Positions 14,317 through 21,967 of a stretch of 32,000 nucleotides of DNA are shown piece by piece. Numbering within the stretch: position 1 is the first letter of the stretch; the number at the start of each line of letters is the position of its first letter. Origin of the DNA: Bdellovibrionales bacterium (GTDB taxonomy: Bacteria > Bdellovibrionota > Bdellovibrionia > Bdellovibrionales > UBA1609); assembly GCA_963692945.1 (NCBI GenBank), contig OY843585.1:330001-362000 (forward strand), read 5' to 3'. The translations under genes and the position numbers were made by a program. The notes beneath the pieces are model-generated. The model searched no databases, was not told where the DNA came from, and was given only the letters and a program-made list of their open reading frames with translations.

Positions 14317-15657
14317 ATGAAAAATGTTAAACCCTACAATTCATTATTAACTTCTTTTTTAAAAGAAATAGAAAAACAAAGTCTTTTTTTGAATAAGCCC
14401 AGAGATTCGGATCCCTCCAAACGAGAAAGTTACTACAAAAATCTTGAGCAAATCGCTCATTTAAGAGGACGCCCTGCTTATTATCCTTATATCAGTTCTG
14501 GTGTAGGTCATGGGGCTTTGGTTCAACTTCTTGATGGAAGTGTTAAGTTGGATTTTATTTGTGGGATTGGACCTCATATTTTAGGTCATTCTCATCCAGA
14601 GATTTTAAAAGCCTCTCTTCGTGGAGCTTTAGAAGATACAACCATGCAAGGTCATCTTCAGTTTAGTTCCATTTATAAAGAGTTTTTGGAAAAACTTCTA
14701 TTTTTAGCTCGTAGGAAGTCCCGATTGAGACAGGCTTGGTTATGTCCTTCAGGTTCTATGGCTAATGAGAATGCTTTAAAAGTGATTCGTCAAAAAAAAG
14801 AAGGAGCAAAAACGATCCTCGCTTTTGAAAGGGCTTTTGCGGGTCGGACAACTCTTATGGCAGAAATCACAGACAATCCAAGTATTAAACAGGGCTTGCC
14901 TTCTTACGATGAAGTGTTAAGAGTTCCCTTTTCTCCTGAAGATCCAGAAAAATCTTTAGAGGTGTTAAAAAAACATTGGAACCAAAAGGGAAAGGACATA
15001 GCTTGTTTTATGGTAGAGCTTATGCAAGGGGATGGAGGTTGTTATAGAGCTTCTAGAGATTTTTTTGTTCCGCTGTTTGAATTTTGTAGAGAAAAACAGA
15101 TAGCGATTTGGTTGGATGAAGTTCAAACTTTTGCAAGAAGTGGAGAGTTTTTTGGTTTTGAAAAATTAAATCTTGGAGAGTATGTGGATGTTTGCACTAT
15201 AGGTAAGGCCTTGCAATTATCGGCTTCGTTATGGACTAAGGAATACAACCCTAAGCCGGGACTGGTTTCAGGAACTTTTTCATCTAGCTCTACAAGTTTG
15301 CACAGTGGGCTAGAGGTTCTAAAAATTTTAGATGAAAAAAATTATATGGGGGAACAGGGAAGAATTTCTCAAATTTATGAACAATGGGTTTCTCGACTGA
15401 AAGTTTTAGAACAGGAGAATTTAGTGTCAGAAATAGAAGGTTGGGGCTTGATGATAGGAGTGACTCCTTTAGATGGAAATCCAGAAATGGTGAAAAAATT
15501 ATTACAGGTTTTATTTCAAAAAGGATTGATGTGTTATTCTTGTGGTTCTGATTTGAAAAAAAGACTTAGGTTTCTTTTGCCAGCTGTTGTTCAAAATGAA
15601 AATTTAGATCAAGCTTTAGAAATACTGAGAGAAGCTCTTTTAGAACTGAAAAAATAG
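14317..15657 (+). CDS. Class III (PLP-dependent) aminotransferase
   Basis: GIGPHILGHSHPEI, PSGSMANENALK, WLDEVQTFARSGEFFGFE and TIGKALQ (putative PLP lysine) follow the class III order. The substrate cannot be assigned. The ORF track starts at TTG 14296; the first ATG is at 14317. Confidence 0.75.
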   Translation: MKNVKPYNSLLTSFLKEIEKQSLFLNKPRDSDPSKRESYYKNLEQIAHLRGRPAYYPYISSGVGHGALVQLLDGSVKLDFICGIGPHILGHSHPEILKASLRGALEDTTMQGHLQFSSIYKEFLEKLLFLARRKSRLRQAWLCPSGSMANENALKVIRQKKEGAKTILAFERAFAGRTTLMAEITDNPSIKQGLPSYDEVLRVPFSPEDPEKSLEVLKKHWNQKGKDIACFMVELMQGDGGCYRASRDFFVPLFEFCREKQIAIWLDEVQTFARSGEFFGFEKLNLGEYVDVCTIGKALQLSASLWTKEYNPKPGLVSGTFSSSSTSLHSGLEVLKILDEKNYMGEQGRISQIYEQWVSRLKVLEQENLVSEIEGWGLMIGVTPLDGNPEMVKKLLQVLFQKGLMCYSCGSDLKKRLRFLLPAVVQNENLDQALEILREALLELKK

Positions 15658-15710
15658 AAAGTTCAATTTGAAGGAATGTTTTGAGAGTTTTTATTAGAGG
15701 GATTCAATTT

Positions 15711-16706
15711 ATGAAATTAAAAGTGTTTTTTTTAATCAGTCTTTGTCTTGCAGGTTTATTTGTTTATACTTTTTTTACTCCCATTCATTTCAAGGGTCAA
15801 AGTGTTATTTTAGATGTTTCACCCGGAAAAACTTTTTACCAATTGGCTGAGGAGTTGGAAGAAAAAAATCTTATTAGAGAGTCCTTTTATTTTAAATTAT
15901 TGATTCGTCTGTTTGGTTCTCCTATTTTACAGGTGGGGGAATACCGTCTTTCTCAAGGAGAATCTCTTTGGACACAGTTTCAAAAAATCAGAAATGGAGA
16001 TATTCATTATGTTTTTTTAACTTTTAAAGAGGGGTTGAATCATTATGAAATGGGACAAATACTTAAAAATTATGGTTGGAAGGAGTATGAAAATTTTTTA
16101 AATCTAATAGAGGATAAATCTTTTATTAAAAGTCTTTTAAAAGAAGACCTTTCTTCTTTGGAAGGATATTTATTTCCAGACACCTATGATTTAAGCAAGT
16201 ATATGACAGCAGAAATTCTTATAACTAGAATGGTTAAAAATTTTTTAAAGAACTATGAAAAGATTGTAAAAACACCAACTTCTTTTTCTCGTCATGAAAT
16301 TGTAACTTTTGCAAGTTTGATTGAAAAAGAAACAGGAGTCCCTCAAGAGCGTTCCATTATTTCTTCAGTCTTTTACAATCGTCTTAAGAAAAAGATGAGA
16401 CTTCAAACAGACCCCACTATTTTGTATAGTCTTTATTTGAAAAAGGGGTTTTCTATAGAAAAAAATATTCGTAAAAAAGATATTCTTATGCCCTCCCCTT
16501 ACAACACTTATGTGATTTATGGACTTCCTAAGGGACCTATTGCTAATCCAGGAAGGGCAAGTTTGCAAGCGGTTTTAAAACCAGCTTCAACGGATTATTT
16601 TTATTTTGTAAGTCGTAATGATGGAACTCATGTTTTTTCTAAAACTTATGAAGAGCATAAAAAATATGTTTATAAATATCAAATAAAGCCTTTTCAAAAA
16701 CTCTAG
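15711..16706 (+). CDS. mltG: Endolytic murein transglycosylase MltG (YceG-like)
   Basis: N-terminal TM helix, GEYRLSQGES, ASLIEKETGVPQERSIISSVFYNRLKKKMRLQTDPTILY, YNTYVIYGLPKGPIANPGRASLQAVLKP and YFYFVSRNDGTHVFSKTYEEH. The ATG at 15711 follows GAGGG. The last codons CAA AAA CTC TAG lie in the R5 terminus. Confidence 0.85.
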   Translation: MKLKVFFLISLCLAGLFVYTFFTPIHFKGQSVILDVSPGKTFYQLAEELEEKNLIRESFYFKLLIRLFGSPILQVGEYRLSQGESLWTQFQKIRNGDIHYVFLTFKEGLNHYEMGQILKNYGWKEYENFLNLIEDKSFIKSLLKEDLSSLEGYLFPDTYDLSKYMTAEILITRMVKNFLKNYEKIVKTPTSFSRHEIVTFASLIEKETGVPQERSIISSVFYNRLKKKMRLQTDPTILYSLYLKKGFSIEKNIRKKDILMPSPYNTYVIYGLPKGPIANPGRASLQAVLKPASTDYFYFVSRNDGTHVFSKTYEEHKKYVYKYQIKPFQKL

Positions 16707-17022
16707 TGTGTGAACTTTCATTTTCACGAGCTTTTCATCACAGGAGAGATGTTCTTCAAATCTCGTTAAAATGAAAGTTTTAACATAGAGAAAAACTTCT
16801 GTTTTTCGCAACTCTGGTTTTTGTATAGAAAAAACTTCGTTTTTTGCAGGGTTGTTTTTCGCACTTGAGCTTTCAGATTCAAAACTTTTTTAAAAACCAG
16901 TAGGTTTTCTCTCGTTCATTATAAGTAAGAATCTTTTTCTTTTTAGGAGTTTGAGGAGTGTCCCCTTTTACGACGAAAACCTCCTAAAAAGAAAAAGATA
17001 TTAGAACTGAACGAGAGTTTTG
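16695..17022. repeat. Cluster R5 of modular hairpin elements, two cores
   Basis: Unit 16695-16790 runs CAAAAACTCTAGTGTGTGAACTTTCATTTTCACGAG-[degenerate core 16733-16759]-ATCTCGTTAAAATGAAAGTTTTAACATAGAG. Next come the GAGAAAAACTTCTGTTTTTCGCA modules. The last unit runs CTCTCGTTCATT...CTTTTTCTTTTTAGGAG-[core 16951-16978]-CTCCTAAAAAGAAAAAGATATTAGAACTGAACGAGAGTTTTG. Confidence 0.85.
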
Positions 17023-17094
17023 TTAAATATTTTTTTATAAAACTTGGCATGGTTTTTGCATATAACTTATGGTAAACTAAAAAAAGGAGAAATA

Positions 17095-17715
17095 ATGAGT
17101 AATAAATCTACTGTTTTAGAGGCTAAAGCTTATTTTGCAGAAATTTGGAAACTTTTCAACGAGCAAAAAGAGTACGATAAACAAACGGCAATGGAGCGAA
17201 AAGAATATGAAAAAAAAGCAGCAGAAGATATTAAAGAGCTCCGAGCTCTCCAAAAAGCAACTGCCAAACAGCTAAAAGAGACTGATCTAAAATTCAATGG
17301 TCACTGGGGTAAGTTGATGGAGACTTTAGTTGAAGGAGATTTAGTGAAACTTCTAAAACAAAAAGGTATCCAAGTTGATCGGACGGCAACAAATATACTG
17401 AAAAAACACGGGGAACAACAATTTGAATTTGATATTTTAGCTTTCAATGGGGAAGAGATCGTTGTTGTAGAAGTGAAAACAACTTTAGATATTAAAGAGT
17501 TGAATTATTTTATTAAGAAATTAAATAGAGTTACGGATTTTATGCCAGAATTTAAAGGTAAGAAAGTTTATGGAGCCGTTGCGTATTTAAAAGCCAATCA
17601 ATCTTCTGACAAAAGAGCTGAGAAAGAGGGTTTGTTTGTGATCAGAGCGACAGGAAGCAGTTCCAGTATTATTAATAAGCAGGGGTTTAAACCCAAATTT
17701 TTTCAAAAACTCTAG
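17095..17715 (+). CDS. DUF3782-like coiled-coil + PD-(D/E)XK-type protein, copy 2
   Basis: Paralog of 11089-11826 with the same SD/ATG context. FEFDILAFNGEEIVVVEVKTTL gives an intact D...E-V-K. About ten mismatches over the last ~185 nt compared with copy 1 (by eye). Lacks the in-frame expansions of copy 1. Confidence 0.55.
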   Translation: MSNKSTVLEAKAYFAEIWKLFNEQKEYDKQTAMERKEYEKKAAEDIKELRALQKATAKQLKETDLKFNGHWGKLMETLVEGDLVKLLKQKGIQVDRTATNILKKHGEQQFEFDILAFNGEEIVVVEVKTTLDIKELNYFIKKLNRVTDFMPEFKGKKVYGAVAYLKANQSSDKRAEKEGLFVIRATGSSSSIINKQGFKPKFFQKL

Positions 17716-17876
17716 TTCTTCCCCTCCTTGTTTTCTGACCTTTCATCGTAAGAGGGACACTCTTCAAATCTCGTGAAAATAAAAATTCACACACTAGAGT
17801 TTTGTAAAAGAGTGTCCCCTTTTACGACGAAAATCTCCTAAAAAGAAAAAGATATTAGAACTGAACGAGAGTTTTG
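17704..17876. repeat. Cluster R6 of modular hairpin elements, two cores in opposite orientation
   Basis: CAAAAACTCTAGTTC..., core at 17741-17767, ATCTCGTGAAAATAAAAATTCACACACTAGAGTTTTG, inverted core at 17807-17833, then CTCCTAAAAAGAAAAAGATATTAGAACTGAACGAGAGTTTTG. It ends 1 nt from the stop of the 17878-20061 gene. Confidence 0.85.
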
Positions 17877-17877
17877 T

Positions 17878-20061
17878 TTAAGGACAATACTCCGACAAAT
17901 TATCAGGCTGAGGGTCTAAAGTGCTGACCAAATCGCAAGAAATTGTTTTTATAGAGTAACCACTTCTCCCTCCTCTTTCACAACCACTTGGTATGGGTTT
18001 CAGTTGTCTTCTAGAGCTATGGCTCGTGTGGGAATAGCATTTAGCAAACATTCGTTCTGGAAAACTATAGCTTTCATATCTGTCTAATTGTGTAGTTGGA
18101 GCCCAAGAGGTTAAAAAATGAGAAGGGTCTTTAACAAGATAAGGATAGCGAATGTTCTTATTGGAGTAAGCCATTGTTAGAGGGGATCGATTTATATCCA
18201 CTGGATTGCTGTTTTTGGCATAAAAGAAAGGGACAAAAGAGTTTGCAATTTTTGTTGTTGCTAAATTGAGTTCCAAATAATCTTTACTATAGGGGTAACC
18301 AAAATCTCCACGAATGTATCCTGGATATTCTCCAGAACGAGCAATCTTTTCTCTTATAAGAGGATCACAGATTTTTTTATTCTCACCAATCAATTTACAA
18401 ATTTTTGGGAAATAGACTTCCATATAATTATTGGAAATAGAGTAATGGGTGATATCAAATACATCTGGAAACACAGCCATCAGCTCCATCAATCTTACAA
18501 GGCCGAAAGCAGGGTCATTGCCGTCTGCAACAGCTAAAGGGTCTGGTGCCTTGCCAGTATTTAAATGGTCAAAAAAGGAAATATCAAACGGTGTTCTTAT
18601 AGAGGCAACAGCATCTGTTATTTGATGAATGTCACCATTATGACGAAGTAAAGCCGTTTTTATTAAAAAAGCTTTATGTGTGCCGTCTTTATGAAGTGTT
18701 TTATCAATAAGTCCCCATTCGTCTCCTGGGTAGCGAGAGTAATTGGGTTGCAAATTGTAAATTTGTAGTTGTGTTCTATTTGCGTCTGTAGCAGTCCCCA
18801 AGTCAATTTGATGTTTTAAAAGCAAGTCTTCATCTTTACCTGGTCCAATTCTCCCTCCAAAAGGTTTGGCAAAGGAGCTAGCCCTTAAAGGAGGAAGTTT
18901 TGTGTTCTCTAGTGGTGTAAAAAGTGGAGGGACTCCTCTGTAAGAAAAGCTTGCTTTCATTCCATAGTAAAGTATTAGGTTATCCTTTTTTTTATAGCCA
19001 AGGCTGAGCTTACCAAGATCGGGTTCAGGCGCTGGCCCGGTATTGAAATAAAAAAGATTTTTATGTGCATTAACAAAGGATTGAATAGTAGTGTTACTAG
19101 AAAAAGCATCTCTAGAGTCTATACCACCATCAATCAAATTTTGAATTTTTCCTCCACAACTGGCTTCAAATTTCATAAATTGCAATATGGGAAAAATATG
19201 TAAGGGTTCTAAAAACTCTGAGAAGTCTCTCTCTTTTAAAGAGTTATAAAATGTAGGGGGATTATAATTTTTTTTATTGGTGTAGTTTAAATTTTTACGA
19301 AATACTTTTTCAGCTCCTTTAGAAATGCTATAACCATCTAAGTCTTTTCCCACCTTTAAAGTTTTATTATAGAGGGTTTCTATCATGATCTTTCTATCTT
19401 TTTGGTCTAAGCGAAAGTGACTTAAAATCAAATTAGTCATCAACCAAGAAAGACCAGATTCTGAATTACAGATACCTTCAATAGCTCTTGCTGCGGCTTC
19501 TGTTTGAGCAGCAGCAGAGGCGTTCCAAGGTAAAAAACTAGCAGTGGGAGGATAGGTTGGAATCCTAGGGATTGAAACTTCATTATTTTTGCAATAGGAA
19601 TCACTACTATGACCATTCTGACCAACTCCTCTATTCCAGATAGCAGCATTGATACAAACGGAAAATGCTATATCACAATAGTTTCCATAAATACTATCAC
19701 TACAATTGTCAGGAGGTTCGGCTTTACATTCAATGCTTACCCCAGCACTGCCTGGACACCAGGCATTAGGGTCGGGAGAATGTCCTTCATATTTTTGTGC
19801 CATACCCCCTAAAATTCTATATCTCCAAGCCAGAAGCTTATAGTTTTGTCTCATTTGATAATTGATATGGGCAATGGCATTTAAAACCTCAGCTTGTTTT
19901 TTCGCTCCATATAGAGTTGCTAAGTCCAAAGAATTTTGCAGATTGATTTTGTCATGAACCACCAAAGCGACATTCAGAGTCATAGCAAATAAAATAAATA
20001 AAATTTGAAAGATAAAAACAAAAAAAATGGCCATTTGACCTTTAGAGTTTTTTAAAACCAT
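17878..20061 (-). CDS. Large TadG-like protein (Tad_N/TadE-G-like N-terminal domain), 727 aa
   Basis: The N-terminus SKGQMAIFFVFIFQILFILFAMTLNVALVVHDKINLQNSLDLATLYGA fits the pseudopilin-like TadE/G N-terminal pattern (G-x-x-A/V..hydrophobic helix..L-Q-N-x-x-D-x-A-x-L-x-G-A). The rest is Cys-containing with no family I recognise. Confidence 0.5.
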   Translation of the reverse strand: MVLKNSKGQMAIFFVFIFQILFILFAMTLNVALVVHDKINLQNSLDLATLYGAKKQAEVLNAIAHINYQMRQNYKLLAWRYRILGGMAQKYEGHSPDPNAWCPGSAGVSIECKAEPPDNCSDSIYGNYCDIAFSVCINAAIWNRGVGQNGHSSDSYCKNNEVSIPRIPTYPPTASFLPWNASAAAQTEAAARAIEGICNSESGLSWLMTNLILSHFRLDQKDRKIMIETLYNKTLKVGKDLDGYSISKGAEKVFRKNLNYTNKKNYNPPTFYNSLKERDFSEFLEPLHIFPILQFMKFEASCGGKIQNLIDGGIDSRDAFSSNTTIQSFVNAHKNLFYFNTGPAPEPDLGKLSLGYKKKDNLILYYGMKASFSYRGVPPLFTPLENTKLPPLRASSFAKPFGGRIGPGKDEDLLLKHQIDLGTATDANRTQLQIYNLQPNYSRYPGDEWGLIDKTLHKDGTHKAFLIKTALLRHNGDIHQITDAVASIRTPFDISFFDHLNTGKAPDPLAVADGNDPAFGLVRLMELMAVFPDVFDITHYSISNNYMEVYFPKICKLIGENKKICDPLIREKIARSGEYPGYIRGDFGYPYSKDYLELNLATTKIANSFVPFFYAKNSNPVDINRSPLTMAYSNKNIRYPYLVKDPSHFLTSWAPTTQLDRYESYSFPERMFAKCYSHTSHSSRRQLKPIPSGCERGGRSGYSIKTISCDLVSTLDPQPDNLSEYCP

Positions 20062-20164
20062 AGATGTATCTTATAAGATTTTTGAAAAAGAAAAAACAAG
20101 AAAAGACCAATGGCATTGTAAAAATGTCTTCTCAAAGAGCTTATCTCTAAGGACAATAAACGAG

Positions 20165-21082
20165 ATGAAAGTTTTTTTTAAAAAAAGTCTGATTCATTTG
20201 TGTGTTTTATTTATAATAGCTTCTTCCAGTTTTTTGCTTATTTATTTGATTCCTGGTGATCCAGTGGATTTTATTTTAAAAGAAGGGGCTGATTTACAAG
20301 ATAAGAATCTATTGAGGCAGGAATTGGGTTTAGATAAGCCTTTTATTCAGCAATACACAACTTTTTTAAACAAATTGATTCATTTAGATATGGGTCATTC
20401 TATTCCTACAGGAGAACCTGTTTTTGAAGTTTTAAAAACACAAGTGCCTTTCACTTTTAATCTCGCCTTTTTTTCTCTTTTATTATCTTTTTTATGGGGC
20501 ATTCCTTTTGGGATTTTATCTGCTCATCCTGCTTTTAAAAAATATGAAAAGTTTTTTGATCTCTTTCCTGTCTTATTTTTTTCTGTTCCAGCTTTTGTTG
20601 TTGCTCCTCTTCTCATTTGGTTTTTTGGGGTTTATCTTATGTGGCTTCCTATCAGTGGAGCGGGAGGGTTTTCTTATCTCATCTTGCCTGCCGTGAGTTT
20701 AGCCTTACCCTTAGGAGCTGTTTTAATGAAAGTCACAAGGGCTTCTATTTTAGAAGTGTTGCATTTAGATTATGTGAGAACGGCTAAAGCTAAAGGGGCT
20801 CGCCCCTTTGCTATTTATTTTCAACACACCTTAAAAAATGCCCTTATCCCTATTGTGACCATTATGGGTTTACAAATGGGAGCTCTTTTAACAGGAACGG
20901 TTATCATTGAAACTATTTTTGATAGACCGGGTGTGGGAAGTTTGCTTTATCGTGCCATCACCAGTCGGGATTACCCTCTCATACAGGCAACCGTTTTGTT
21001 TATTGCTTTGGTTTATGTTTTTGTAAATAGATTCACAGATTGGGTTTATACAAGAATCCATCCTCAAATGAGGGTTTCTTAG
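20165..21082 (+). CDS. ABC transporter permease, peptide/nickel (DppB/OppB-like) family
   Basis: Six-TM BPD_transp_1 layout with N-terminal LIPGDPVDFIL and the EAA-type loop LDYVRTAKAKGARPFAIYFQHTLKNALIPIVT. Confidence 0.85.
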   Translation: MKVFFKKSLIHLCVLFIIASSSFLLIYLIPGDPVDFILKEGADLQDKNLLRQELGLDKPFIQQYTTFLNKLIHLDMGHSIPTGEPVFEVLKTQVPFTFNLAFFSLLLSFLWGIPFGILSAHPAFKKYEKFFDLFPVLFFSVPAFVVAPLLIWFFGVYLMWLPISGAGGFSYLILPAVSLALPLGAVLMKVTRASILEVLHLDYVRTAKAKGARPFAIYFQHTLKNALIPIVTIMGLQMGALLTGTVIIETIFDRPGVGSLLYRAITSRDYPLIQATVLFIALVYVFVNRFTDWVYTRIHPQMRVS

Positions 21083-21084
21083 TG

Positions 21085-21876
21085 ATGAAGTGGTTTGGTC
21101 TCATAACTATTTGTTCTATCGCGTTGTTAGCTCTTCTTGCACCTTGGGTTTTCCCCTATGATTTTAACACTTTAAATTTGTCTCAAAGTTTTCAAATGCC
21201 AAGTTGGACTCATTTTTTTGGTTTGGATGAAAACGGGCAAGACCTTTTTGTAAAAATCATTTATGGAGCCAGATTGAGTTTGTTTGTGACTTTTTCCGTT
21301 GTGAGTATCAGTTTTATTGTGGGTCTTATCCTTGGGATTTTAGCTGGTTTTTTTGGATCTTATGTTGATATGTTGGTCATGGCTTTAGCAGATATTGTTT
21401 TGGCTTTTCCAAAATTTCTTTTGGCTTTGATTTTATTAGCTATGATGGGTTCTTCCGTTGGTCATTTGATTTTTGCTTTAAGTTTTTCAACTTGGGCTGG
21501 TTTTGCTAGGTTGGTGAGAGGGGAAGTGAGACATTTAAAAGAAAAGGAATTCGTATTGAATGCTAAAGCTTATGGAGGCAGTTCTTTTTTACAATTAAGG
21601 CAACATATTTTTCCAAACCTCTTAGGTCTTTTAGTCGTCCATGGAATGTTTCAAGGAGTGTCGGTTTTGATTGCTGAATCGGGGTTGAATTTTTTAGGTT
21701 TAGGAAGCTCCTTAGAAATACCATCTTGGGGAGGGCTTTTGAGTTCAGGAAGAGCTTATATTTTGGAGGCTCCTCATTTGAGTTTATTTCCTAGTTTGTT
21801 TTTGTTTTTGTTTTTATTGAGTTTAAATTTTTTAGGAGAATCTTTAAGGGATTATTTTGATCCTCATAGGAACTAG
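21085..21876 (+). CDS. ABC transporter permease, DppC/OppC-like
   Basis: HFFGLDENGQDLFVKIIYGARLSL and EFVLNAKAYGGSSFLQLRQHIFPNLLG are typical of this family. The ATG at 21085 lies 2 nt after the upstream stop, so the track's 21040 start is unlikely. Confidence 0.85.
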   Translation: MKWFGLITICSIALLALLAPWVFPYDFNTLNLSQSFQMPSWTHFFGLDENGQDLFVKIIYGARLSLFVTFSVVSISFIVGLILGILAGFFGSYVDMLVMALADIVLAFPKFLLALILLAMMGSSVGHLIFALSFSTWAGFARLVRGEVRHLKEKEFVLNAKAYGGSSFLQLRQHIFPNLLGLLVVHGMFQGVSVLIAESGLNFLGLGSSLEIPSWGGLLSSGRAYILEAPHLSLFPSLFLFLFLLSLNFLGESLRDYFDPHRN

Positions 21877-21967
21877 AGGTTTATTTTGTCTGTTCATTGT
21901 TTTAAAAGGGCTTGCCTTTGTAATAGGATTTTACAAAAGTTTGTTTTGATTTTTTAGGAGTTTTTTT

